Shown in pieces: positions 8,234 through 16,990 of a DNA stretch of 32,722 bases. The notes below the pieces were generated by a model. That model ran no database searches. It saw nothing but the letters and a program-made list of their open reading frames with translations, and was not told where the DNA came from. Made by a program: the position numbers and the translations under genes. The DNA comes from Fidelibacterota bacterium (GTDB taxonomy: Bacteria; Fidelibacterota; Marinisomatia; Marinisomatales; J089): contig RFIZ01000171.1 in the NCBI GenBank assembly GCA_003695105.1, positions 1-32,722 of the forward strand. Direction: 5' to 3'. Positions within the stretch are counted from its first letter, which is position 1. Each line of letters begins with the position of its first letter.

Positions 8234-9637
8234 TTATTCCGTTACGCGGTCGACGATGCTCGCCATGAGCGTGGCCTCCGCTGCCTTTTTGACCCCCACA
8301 TAGGCCGTTCCTTTGAGACGGACAGTTCCCATCCGGAACCGTTCCAGCACCATTTCCAGGCGCAATTGGTCACCGGGGATGACCGGCCGGCGGAACTTGG
8401 CCTCCAAAACGGCGGAAAAGAACATATTTTTCGTCAGGGGATCCTCTACGCTGTTCAATACCAGAAAGGCGCCGGCCTGGGCCATGGCCTCGAGAATCAA
8501 CACCCCGGGCATGACGGGCTGATTGGGAAAATGACCCTGGAAGAAGGGTTCGTTAAAACTGACATTTTTCACCGCCGTCAACTTTTCCCCCAGTGTCATG
8601 TCCAGAATGCGGTCGATCAGGACAAAGGGGTAGCGATGGGGCATCAATTTCAAGATGCCGTTGATATCCAGCAGATAATCGCCGGCGGCCTTGTCCTGAT
8701 ATTTCTTCTGTAGAATTTTTTTCTCGTATTCTTTGCGGATCTTTTTCACCAGTTCCACATTGGCGGCGTGACCGCTGCGGGCGGCGATGACATGTCCCTT
8801 GATGGCAATACCCAGAAGAGCCAGGTCACCGATCAGATCCAGAGCCTTATGGCGAACCGGTTCATTGGAAAAACGCAACTCCTTGCCGTTGAGAATCCCG
8901 TTGGCACCCAGGATGATATTCTCCTCGATCCCAAACAGGGAGCGCAAGTGATCCACTTCATCCCGTTCGATCTCTTTGTCCACGATGACGACGGCATTAT
9001 CCAAATGTCCGCCCTGAATCAGCCCCTGTTCTTTCAGAGACTCCACTTCACTGAGGAAACAAAAGGTTCTGGCCGGCGCGATCTGAGTGGGATAGTCGCG
9101 CTCCATATTGTAGACGGCCGTGTACTGGGTGCCCAGGCTGGGAAGTTTGTAGTCCACCATGAACGTGACCCGAAAACGGTCTGAGGGCAGGACGTGGATA
9201 TCGACTCCCCGGGAGGGGTCGGAATAGGCCACACCCTTATCAATTTCCAACACTTCCCGGGGGGCGTTTTGCTCCTGGAATCCGGCTTTCAGCAAGGCAT
9301 CCACAAAGGGCTTGGAGCTGCCGTCCATCACGGGAGGTTCCTTCCCGGTCAGTTCAATCAGAATATTATCGATCCGCAGTCCGGAGACGGCCGACAATAC
9401 ATGTTCGACCGTATGAATGCGAATGCCATCCTGTTCGATGGTCGTTCCCCGGGAAATGTCCACCACGTGATCGATATCGGCCTTGATTTCCGGGCAGTTT
9501 TCCACATCTTTCCGCAGGAAGCGAATTCCGGTATTTTCCTCCGCCGGACGAAAAGTGACGGTACATTCCACTCCCGTATGCAGACCGCGACCGGTACACG
9601 ATACGGCTTGTTGAATAGTGCGTTGATTACGTCTCAT
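8234..9637 (-). CDS. lpxC-fabZ: Bifunctional UDP-3-O-acyl-GlcNAc deacetylase / 3-hydroxyacyl-ACP dehydratase (LpxC-FabZ fusion)
   Basis: 467 aa. The N-terminal half matches LpxC (RTIQQAVSCTGRGLHTG, TVEHVLSA, HKALDLIGDL). The C-terminal ~150 aa matches the FabZ hotdog fold (LPHRYPFVLIDRI, FFQGHFP..PVMPGVL). This fusion is typical of the Bacteroidota/Chlorobi group. Confidence 0.95.
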   Translation of the reverse strand: MRRNQRTIQQAVSCTGRGLHTGVECTVTFRPAEENTGIRFLRKDVENCPEIKADIDHVVDISRGTTIEQDGIRIHTVEHVLSAVSGLRIDNILIELTGKEPPVMDGSSKPFVDALLKAGFQEQNAPREVLEIDKGVAYSDPSRGVDIHVLPSDRFRVTFMVDYKLPSLGTQYTAVYNMERDYPTQIAPARTFCFLSEVESLKEQGLIQGGHLDNAVVIVDKEIERDEVDHLRSLFGIEENIILGANGILNGKELRFSNEPVRHKALDLIGDLALLGIAIKGHVIAARSGHAANVELVKKIRKEYEKKILQKKYQDKAAGDYLLDINGILKLMPHRYPFVLIDRILDMTLGEKLTAVKNVSFNEPFFQGHFPNQPVMPGVLILEAMAQAGAFLVLNSVEDPLTKNMFFSAVLEAKFRRPVIPGDQLRLEMVLERFRMGTVRLKGTAYVGVKKAAEATLMASIVDRVTE

Positions 9638-10647
9638 TATTCCTTCGATAGTTTGGCTTCAACTGCCTCCAGGCGTTTCCGGAAGAGTTCCATCTGAGTG
9701 GGCAGGGCATCTCTCCGGTTTTGTTCCCGGATTTCCCGGGCAGGCATACCGGCGTAGGTTTTTCCTCCCTCCAGTGATTTTGTCACTCCTGATTTCGCGG
9801 CAATAACGGCCCGCTCCCCGATCTTCAGGTGGGGAGCCACACCGGATTGACCGGCAAAGATACAAAAATCCCCTACTCTCACACTACCGGCAAATGCAAC
9901 CTGTGCCGTGACCAGACAACCCCGACCCAGAGTTACATTGTGGGCGACATGCACCAGATTGTCCAGTTTGGTATCGGCGCCGATGACGGTATCCCCGATG
10001 GTTCCTCGATCGATGGTGCAATTGGCTCCCACCTCCACCCGGTCCCCCAGACGCACGCCGCCGTTCTGGGGAATTTTGTGATGCACCTCCCGGTCAGTGA
10101 CATACCCAAACCCGTCACTGCCAATGACGGTCCCCGCATGAATGATGCAGTGGTGACCAAGGGTTGTCTGGGGATAGAGCGTAACGAAGGGATGCAACCA
10201 GGACCCGGACCCGACCCGGCAATTCTCGGCAATGGTTACATGATCCAGAAGGGTACAGCCGTCCTCGATCTCAGAGCCGGGTCCAATGGTCACGTACGGT
10301 CCAACGGCCACATCCTGCCCCAGAACCGCCTCGTCATGAACGATGGCAGTGGGATGAATCCCCCGGGGACGGCGGCGCGGAGGCTGTAAGGCACCCAAGA
10401 CTTTGGCAATGGCCAATTGGGGATTCTCCACGACGATGCCGGGCCGGTCCTGAAGGAGCTCGCGCCGGTTTACGATAACAGCGCTGGCCTTGGTCTGTGC
10501 TAAAAAGCGACGATATTTCGGATTCGCCAGGAAGGTGATAGTGCCGGCAGTCCCATGTTGTATTTCCGATACCCCGTGAATGGGAAGCTCACCATTCCCC
10601 ACTACCTCACCCTGCACCAGGGCGGCCAGTTCGGCCAGAGTAAACAC
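9637..10647 (-). CDS. lpxD: UDP-3-O-(3-hydroxyacyl)glucosamine N-acyltransferase
   Basis: 336 aa with a GTG start. LpxD-type N-terminal domain (LAELAALVQGEVVGNGELPIHGVSEIQHGTAGTITFLANPKY) followed by hexapeptide repeats. Its TAA shares one base with the lpxC ATG (TAATG). Confidence 0.95.
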   Translation of the reverse strand: MFTLAELAALVQGEVVGNGELPIHGVSEIQHGTAGTITFLANPKYRRFLAQTKASAVIVNRRELLQDRPGIVVENPQLAIAKVLGALQPPRRRPRGIHPTAIVHDEAVLGQDVAVGPYVTIGPGSEIEDGCTLLDHVTIAENCRVGSGSWLHPFVTLYPQTTLGHHCIIHAGTVIGSDGFGYVTDREVHHKIPQNGGVRLGDRVEVGANCTIDRGTIGDTVIGADTKLDNLVHVAHNVTLGRGCLVTAQVAFAGSVRVGDFCIFAGQSGVAPHLKIGERAVIAAKSGVTKSLEGGKTYAGMPAREIREQNRRDALPTQMELFRKRLEAVEAKLSKE

Positions 10648-10659
10648 GAAAACTGAAAC

Positions 10660-11196
10660 TTACTGGTTGGCGGAATCGGAACTCTTCTTTAGTTCATGGA
10701 GCACATCATCCGTGACGTCATAGGTGGGTTTTCCGTAGAGAAGAGAAACGGATCCGTCGAAAATGAAATCATAGCCATTGCTGATAGCCACTTTATCCAC
10801 GGCCTCTTTCACTTTGGTCAGAATATCGTATTCCATCTGAGCCTGACGTTTATACAATTCTCCGTCTGGACCGACCTTTTGGGCCTGATAGATTTGAATC
10901 GACTGCTCCAGGTTGGAAATTTCCTGTTCCTTTTCCCGTCTCCAGTCCGGGGAACTCATCAGGCGCTGGGCGTCGTAGTCTTTCCGGAGACTGTCCAGTC
11001 GATTGATCATATCCTGGTACTCGGCCTGGACTTTTTGAAATTCCAATTGGAGTTGCGATTCGGCATCTTTGAATTCTTCATACTCCGCCCGGATGCGCTC
11101 CGATGAGATGTACCCGATCTTCACCTGAGCGAAACTGAGCGCCGGCACCAGCAAGCACCCGATGGCGATGAGAGTTTTTACTGTATGTGTCCTCAC
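10660..11196 (-). CDS. skp: OmpH/Skp-family periplasmic chaperone
   Basis: 178 aa. Signal peptide (LIAIGCLLVPALSFAQ) and a coiled-coil-rich body rich in E/Q/K. Sits in the canonical position between bamA and lpxD. GTG start preceded by AGGAGA. Confidence 0.85.
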   Translation of the reverse strand: MRTHTVKTLIAIGCLLVPALSFAQVKIGYISSERIRAEYEEFKDAESQLQLEFQKVQAEYQDMINRLDSLRKDYDAQRLMSSPDWRREKEQEISNLEQSIQIYQAQKVGPDGELYKRQAQMEYDILTKVKEAVDKVAISNGYDFIFDGSVSLLYGKPTYDVTDDVLHELKKSSDSANQ

Positions 11197-11212
11197 GATG
11201 TTCTCCTATCGA

Positions 11213-13615
11213 TTAAAAGGGTTGGCCAAAGGTGATGGTATAATTCCATCCTTCCGGTTTTCCATTGCCGGTAATGTCATCAAATCCATAGCCCATATCA
11301 AATCCTAACATACCGATCATCGGCATGAAAAAACGAATTCCGACACCGACGGAACGCTTCAGGGACAAGGGACCATTGCGGGGCATGTAGAGCGGTTCGG
11401 TCATTGCCATGGAATCCCACACGTTGCCCATCTCGGCAAAGGCCAGTCCATACACCACCGGATTTTCAGAAAAGGGGACGCGGAATTCAGTCGTGAATTT
11501 AAGCATGGAATTCCCTCCGAGGGGACGTCCATTGGAGGTGAGGGGTCCGATCGAATTGTCCGGATAGCCCCGCAGCATATTCCCATAGGGAATTCCGTTC
11601 CCCCCCATGATGAATTTTTCATCGTAGGGAACAATGGAATTTTCGTCGCCGGAAGCGGCTAAAGGACGGATCACACCCACTTTAATTGAACTCATCAAAA
11701 CAAATTTCCAGAATGTAGGCGTATACCATTCCAATTGCAAAACTTGTTTATGGAAGTCTTCGTTACCACCCAGAACACCGCCGGATAATTTGGTGGTCCA
11801 CACCATTTTGGAACCGCGGGTGGTGAACTCGGGCCGGTCCCGGCTGTCGCGGGTGATGACCTGACTCAGAGCCAAGCCCCGGGATTGTTTCAAACCGTTC
11901 ACGTAGCGGTCCAGATCCTCCTGAGTTCCGAAGTATTCCTTTTGGGTATATCCCAGGTTCCAGCTGCCCCGGAAAAAATCATCCGGCCACCGCAGCCGCC
12001 GACCCCAGGTCAGGGAGGCACCTTTCATGGAAAAATCCAGGGGATAGGAATAATTGGTGGAGGCACCCCGGTAGGTGTAATAGAGGGAAAAACCCACCAG
12101 ATTGGGCGTATCGTACACCATGGGATCCGTAAAACTGAAACTGTACGACCGATACTTCGAGGGCGTGGTGGCGGTATAGAAAGAATAATTGGTTCCCATA
12201 TTAAAACTGAGGTTCAGACGCTGACCGAGACCCCGAAAATTGTTGAATTCCAGCCCGCCTCCGCCGGTCATGCCGTACTCTCCTGTAAATCCGATATTGG
12301 CGCTGGCACGATCGGAGGATTTTTCTTCCACTTTAATTTCCAGGTCCACCTCGTCATCATCCACCGGGAGCACGTTGGGCGTTACGTTGGAAAAATAATT
12401 GAGAATCCAGACTTCCCGCTGGGACCGAATCAATTTGTTCCGGTTGAAGACATCACCCGGATAAATCTTCAATTCCCGGCGAATGACGTTTTCCCGGGTC
12501 TTGGTATTCCCCGCAATCAAAATATCCCGCACGTACACCTTGTGATTCTCGGTGATGACGAAATGGATATCCAGCGAATCCTCCCCGACCGGCGTGATCT
12601 GGGGCGTCACCTGGGAATAGATATAACCCCGGTCCATATACAGCCCCTGAACCCGGTCGTAGACCGCCATCTGAAAGGCTTCCTCATTGTAAATATCACC
12701 TTTTTCCAGCTTTAACTGGTCTTCCAGCTCCTCCGCGGTGAACAGGGTGTTTCCCTCCCAACTGAACGAGCGGTATTTGTACTGAGGTCCCTCCGCCACG
12801 GTAATGGAAATATTCATGTGCTTCTTGTCCGGGGTCGTAATTACCGAATCCTCCACAATGGTCATATCCCGGTAGCCGTGGTTCCGGTAAAACTGGCGCA
12901 GCGCGTTCAAATCTTCCTGGTATTTGTCGCGATCGAAGGAGGAACGCCAGAATAGATACCACCGTTGTTGTTTGGTCTCTTTCAGGGCATGACGAAGACG
13001 AAAATCCGAAAAGGCCTGGTTCCCGCTGAATTTGATATGCTTGAGGCGGACCTTTTTGCCTTCTTGAATATGGAAAATCACGTCCTTGGTGTTGGCGGCA
13101 ATTTTGGGATCGCGGATCGTCGTATTGGTTGTGGGAACCAATTCGGGGGTGATCTCGGCCAGCAGATAACCGTCCTCCCGATACAATGCCTTCATTTTTT
13201 CCACCACATCATGCAAAGTGTTGGGTTTGATACGCTGGCCGACTTTCAGGTCCAGTTCTTCCTCGAACTTGGTCTGTTTGATCTTTTTGTTACCTTCATA
13301 GGTGATATTTCCCAGCACCGGATTTTCCACCACCTGAATGGTGATATCCAATCCTTCCGGTGATTCATGATCCAGCAAAATCTGAATATCCTGAAAGAGT
13401 CCCAGTTGCCAGAGTCGTTTGACGGCTCGGCTGAAATCTCCGGTGGTGATTGTCATGCCGGATTTCAGACCGGCCGTATAGGTGATCATGGACGCCGATG
13501 TCATGGTGTTTCCGCTCACCGCCACTGAATCCAGACGGATTTCTTGTTGCTCCTGGGCCAGGGCGACACAAAAAAACAGTCCGAAGACTGTTAGGATCCT
13601 ACTTCGATAAACCAT
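11213..13615 (-). CDS. bamA: Outer membrane protein assembly factor BamA
   Basis: 800 aa. Signal peptide, repeated POTRA-like units (I..I.v.GN....), and a C-terminal beta-barrel with alternating residues ending ...NYTITFGQPF (aromatic C-terminal beta-signal). Confidence 0.95.
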   Translation of the reverse strand: MVYRSRILTVFGLFFCVALAQEQQEIRLDSVAVSGNTMTSASMITYTAGLKSGMTITTGDFSRAVKRLWQLGLFQDIQILLDHESPEGLDITIQVVENPVLGNITYEGNKKIKQTKFEEELDLKVGQRIKPNTLHDVVEKMKALYREDGYLLAEITPELVPTTNTTIRDPKIAANTKDVIFHIQEGKKVRLKHIKFSGNQAFSDFRLRHALKETKQQRWYLFWRSSFDRDKYQEDLNALRQFYRNHGYRDMTIVEDSVITTPDKKHMNISITVAEGPQYKYRSFSWEGNTLFTAEELEDQLKLEKGDIYNEEAFQMAVYDRVQGLYMDRGYIYSQVTPQITPVGEDSLDIHFVITENHKVYVRDILIAGNTKTRENVIRRELKIYPGDVFNRNKLIRSQREVWILNYFSNVTPNVLPVDDDEVDLEIKVEEKSSDRASANIGFTGEYGMTGGGGLEFNNFRGLGQRLNLSFNMGTNYSFYTATTPSKYRSYSFSFTDPMVYDTPNLVGFSLYYTYRGASTNYSYPLDFSMKGASLTWGRRLRWPDDFFRGSWNLGYTQKEYFGTQEDLDRYVNGLKQSRGLALSQVITRDSRDRPEFTTRGSKMVWTTKLSGGVLGGNEDFHKQVLQLEWYTPTFWKFVLMSSIKVGVIRPLAASGDENSIVPYDEKFIMGGNGIPYGNMLRGYPDNSIGPLTSNGRPLGGNSMLKFTTEFRVPFSENPVVYGLAFAEMGNVWDSMAMTEPLYMPRNGPLSLKRSVGVGIRFFMPMIGMLGFDMGYGFDDITGNGKPEGWNYTITFGQPF

Positions 13616-14376
13616 TAATCCTCTGCCTGCAATTGTTCGCTGATCATTCCATACCGTCGTTCGCGGTTCTGGTATTCATTAATGGCTTCGAGTAATTGTT
13701 GTTCCCGAAAATCCGGCCAGTAGGTTTCAGTGACCATGAATTCGGTGTAGGCGCACTGCCAGAGTAGAAAATTGGACAGGCGGTATTCTCCACCGGTTCG
13801 AATCAACAGGTCCGGGTCGGGCATGTCCCCCGTATCCAGGTACCGGCCCAACAGGGTTTCGTCCACCTGCTTCGGGTCCAGCGTCCCCGATTGCACATCC
13901 TGCAGCAGTTTATGAACGGCCCGCACCATTTCCTGGCGGCTGCCATAATTCAGCGCCAGGTTCAGGTTCAATCCCGTATTGTTCCGGGTCTTTTCCATGC
14001 CGTCCACAAGACCCTGGCGGGTTTTCCCCGGCAGGCCCGATAAATCACCGATCGTTGTCAAACGCACCTGGTTTTTGTGCAATTCGTCTACTTCGGCGCG
14101 GATCGTATTGAGGAGAAGATTCATCAGGGCGCTCACTTCCCGTGGCGGGCGGCGCCAGTTCTCCGTGGAAAAAGTGTACAATGTCAAATGCCGAATGCCC
14201 AATTCACCGCAGACCCGGGTGATTTCCCGGACCGAATTGATGCCTTCCCGGTGTCCGGCGATCCGGGGCAGGCGATGTTGCTTGGCCCAGCGACCGTTCC
14301 CATCCATGATGATGGCAATATGGACTGGTAGATTGTTCCCCCGGGTGATTTGATCACGCAGTGCAGTAGTATCCAT
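13615..14376 (-). CDS. uppS: Isoprenyl transferase (undecaprenyl-diphosphate synthase family)
   Basis: 253 aa. Motifs: HIAIIMDGNGRWAK, LTLYTFSTENW.RP, RTGGE.RLSNFLLWQ.AY.E. Its TAA shares one base with the bamA ATG. Confidence 0.95.
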   Translation of the reverse strand: MDTTALRDQITRGNNLPVHIAIIMDGNGRWAKQHRLPRIAGHREGINSVREITRVCGELGIRHLTLYTFSTENWRRPPREVSALMNLLLNTIRAEVDELHKNQVRLTTIGDLSGLPGKTRQGLVDGMEKTRNNTGLNLNLALNYGSRQEMVRAVHKLLQDVQSGTLDPKQVDETLLGRYLDTGDMPDPDLLIRTGGEYRLSNFLLWQCAYTEFMVTETYWPDFREQQLLEAINEYQNRERRYGMISEQLQAED

Positions 14377-14463
14377 TACGAATCGGGTCCATTGAAAAGA
14401 AAAACGCCGGCGAAATTACCTCCCGCCTCCGGACCAGTCAACTGACTTCCGCCGGGGCAGGTC

Positions 14464-15234
14464 TTACAGAACATAGCCATAGGTCAATAAAAAATAGGCC
14501 GACAATCCCAGACTGATACAAACGCTCACGGCCAACGCGCTGTCCAGGACCGTCCGGGACCGTCCTTTCCAGCGGGAACCGAATACCACCCGGACCAGAG
14601 CCAGAGTTACAGGAATGAACCACCCCGTCAAGGCGTACACCAGGATCATCCGCAGTTCATTCTGGACCAGAAACCGGTACAGCGACAGGCTCAGACCGTA
14701 ATCATCTTCCGTGGTGAACAAAATCAACACCGTCCCGTCCCACAGCCAGCGCAGGCCCAGGAGCGTCAACAACCAGTAACGGGTCCGGGCGGCCAGTCCG
14801 GGGGAGCACTCCTCACCGGTATTGAGACCCATCAGTATAAGCTGGACCGTCAGGGATCCCACCAGCAGCCAATACAGAAAAAACAGCCAGCGCGGATAGA
14901 CCGGCAGTTGGATTGTCGTCAGACGAATAAAAACCCGGATGCCAAAGAGACTGGGAATCCATAGCAGTGTCCAGGAAGGGGAAACCGCGCGATTGTAGAG
15001 CACCACGGCCAGGGTGGCCAGGGTCCAGACAAGGGCCGCCCATTGTATCTCCAGGAGGGGACGTTGAATCCAGATCAGAGTCGTGGCCAGGCCGGGCAGA
15101 ATAAAGGCCACACTGGCGGCATTTTTCAACAGACGTGAAGCTGGGGCATCGTGCCAGAGAGGCCGGGCCCAGAACGGATACAGAATGCCGCTTCCTGCCA
15201 GAAGTGCTGCGAGAAAGGGCATCCAGAAGTCCAT
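14464..15234 (-). CDS. Hypothetical polytopic integral membrane protein (about 8 TM, Trp/Leu-rich)
   Basis: 256-aa ORF whose ATG lies 2 nt after the mrp stop. Consists of successive ~20-aa hydrophobic segments. It lacks the CdsA signature and any other motif I recognise. Confidence 0.6.
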   Translation of the reverse strand: MDFWMPFLAALLAGSGILYPFWARPLWHDAPASRLLKNAASVAFILPGLATTLIWIQRPLLEIQWAALVWTLATLAVVLYNRAVSPSWTLLWIPSLFGIRVFIRLTTIQLPVYPRWLFFLYWLLVGSLTVQLILMGLNTGEECSPGLAARTRYWLLTLLGLRWLWDGTVLILFTTEDDYGLSLSLYRFLVQNELRMILVYALTGWFIPVTLALVRVVFGSRWKGRSRTVLDSALAVSVCISLGLSAYFLLTYGYVL

Positions 15235-15236
15235 AG

Positions 15237-16370
15237 TTATTCCCGGAGGGCTTGTTCCAATTTATCCACCAGGGCCCCATACAGCCGGGCCAGGGCGCTT
15301 TCGGGATGACTCCGCACCAGAGGTTCTCCCCGGTCCGTTGCCAGCATAAAATCGGGATGCAGCGGCAGCACACCCAGCAGAGGTACGCCCAGACGCTCGC
15401 TCTCCCGGGTTCCACCCCCCCGTTTAAACACATCTAACGTGGCCGAAAAGGTACCGTCCGGTTCCAGCTGAACCTGATCCGTCCCGGCCAGCGTGACCCG
15501 GGTACCGTCCGGAACCGAACCATCGGGAAAATGAATTTTACCCGAGACATGAAAACCGGACATGTTTTCCACCACACCCAGGACCGGTGTGTTCACTTTC
15601 CGGAACATGTCCGCACCCTTTTTCACGTCCGCCAGAGCAATATCCTGGGGCGTCGTCACGATGATGGCACCGGTCAGGGGTATTTTTTGACTCAGGGTCA
15701 ATTGCACGTCACCCGTTCCGGGTGGAAGATCCAGTATCAGGTAATCCAGTTTTCCCCATTTCACGTCCCGGAAAAACTGTTCTGTCATGCGGGCTACCAG
15801 GGGACCGCGCCAGATTACCGGCGTTTCGTTTCCGCTGAGAAAACCGAAACTCATGACTTTCATGCCATAGCGCTCCAGGGGGATGATTTTTTGATCGGAC
15901 GTAACCTCAGGTTGACCGTTCAACCCCAGCGTAATGGGCAGCGAAGGCCCGTAAATGTCCAGGTCCAGCAACCCCACCTGATAGCCACGCTGCTGCAGAG
16001 CCACTGCCAGATTGGCGGCTACCGTAGATTTTCCGACGCCTCCTTTCCCGCTGGCTACGGCGATGATGTGATCGATGGTCCCATTGACCGCCGACCCGGT
16101 CTCTGCCGGCTGGGGTTGGGCCGGTGTAGGCGGCTCATCCAGCAACTGAACGTCAATCCGGGAAAAAGCCTGAGTGGCCTCCAGTTTTTCCCGAACCGCT
16201 GCTTGCACCGCCTGTTTTTTCTCTTCCTGTTGGGTGGAAATTTTCAGGACCACCTGAACAGCATCATCCTGAATGTGAATAGCATGAACCATCCCGAAGG
16301 AAACGATGTCGCGGGAAAATCCCGGATAGGGGATGGTTTGCAGGATTGCTTTGATGTCTTCTTTTGTCAT
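15237..16370 (-). CDS. mrp: Mrp/NBP35/ApbC-family P-loop ATPase (Fe-S cluster carrier family), cysteine-free variant
   Basis: N-terminal DUF59/MIP18-like domain (IPYPGFSRDIVSFGMV), deviant Walker A IAVASGKGGVGKST, DLPPGTGD, VVENMS. The canonical CxxC after ENMS is absent, and the whole ORF has no Cys. Confidence 0.9.
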   Translation of the reverse strand: MTKEDIKAILQTIPYPGFSRDIVSFGMVHAIHIQDDAVQVVLKISTQQEEKKQAVQAAVREKLEATQAFSRIDVQLLDEPPTPAQPQPAETGSAVNGTIDHIIAVASGKGGVGKSTVAANLAVALQQRGYQVGLLDLDIYGPSLPITLGLNGQPEVTSDQKIIPLERYGMKVMSFGFLSGNETPVIWRGPLVARMTEQFFRDVKWGKLDYLILDLPPGTGDVQLTLSQKIPLTGAIIVTTPQDIALADVKKGADMFRKVNTPVLGVVENMSGFHVSGKIHFPDGSVPDGTRVTLAGTDQVQLEPDGTFSATLDVFKRGGGTRESERLGVPLLGVLPLHPDFMLATDRGEPLVRSHPESALARLYGALVDKLEQALRE

Positions 16371-16389
16371 GAGTCTGATTGTTTAGACG

Positions 16390-16419
16390 AAAAAACGGCC
16401 GGAGAACCAGCCGCCTTTT
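16390..16419 (-). terminator. Rho-independent terminator (possibly conditional/attenuator) immediately upstream of mrp
   Basis: The minus strand reads AAAAGG-CGGCTGG-TTCT-CCGGCCG-TTTTTT. That is a 7-bp GC-rich stem (one G-U), a 4-nt loop and a 6-U tract, flanked 5' by an A-run. The U-tract ends 19 nt before the mrp ATG. Confidence 0.55.
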
Positions 16420-16598
16420 CAAAGTTGAATGCCAACCGGAAAATCACCAGGTGCGGATCGTCGCGCAACCCGTGGCTCTACAGCCCGGAATTGCCGACAC
16501 CTGCCTGGTCCGCGATTAATGTGCCGGGGGAAGTATTCTTGAGTTCAGGAACCGTTCCTGTAGAAGGACTCCGCCAGGGAATCCGATCACCGGGAATA
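16420..16598 (-). promoter_or_regulatory. Candidate structured RNA: mrp 5' leader/attenuator aptamer, or ferredoxin 3'UTR / sRNA
   Basis: No minus-strand ORF appears here in the supplied track. Nested complementary segments: AGUAUUC/GAAUACU (16594-16600 with 16532-16538), the perfect palindrome CAGGAACGGTTCCTG (16546-16560), a ~65-nt imperfect hairpin at 16445-16509 capped by GGCU-GUAG-AGCC, and crossing pairings GCGGA:UCCGC and CCAGG:CCUGG. Confidence 0.3.
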
Positions 16599-16934
<336 letters not shown>

Positions 16935-16990
16935 TCAGGGGTGATTCCCGGTTCCAAAGCCTGAAAAATTACTGTGGATTTTCTCAAAGG

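Noticed and set aside
8234-8236. The in-frame TAA between fabZ and lpxA as evidence of an alternative genetic code or global stop-codon reassignment.
   Set aside because: TAA terminates other well-delimited genes in the window (lpxD, bamA, uppS, mrp, rseP) exactly where homologues end. Global recoding is therefore not supported. Only a local readthrough, reinitiation or non-AUG start remains possible.
14394-14427. A possible terminator between the membrane ORF and uppS. The minus strand reads GGCG-N11-CGCC-GGCG-TTTTTCTTTTC.
   Set aside because: The stem is only 4 bp with an 11-nt loop, and the alternative CG-CCGG-CG hairpin is sterically implausible. This is too weak to call and at most a pause site.
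16420-16598. Fragments resembling cobalamin-riboswitch elements (GGUGAUUUUCCGG, AGAGCCACGGG), SRP RNA (CCGGGCUGUAGAGCC), ZTP (CUGGCGGAG) and the guanidine-II ACGR loop (CAGGA-ACGG-UUCCUG).
   Set aside because: The fragments are out of order relative to the cobalamin consensus. The SRP domain IV GGAA / AGCAGC motifs are absent, as is the ZTP 3' CCGCCUGGG. Only one ACGR hairpin is present, and it is closed by A-U pairs. No known class is supported by eye, so the region is left as an unclassified structured element.
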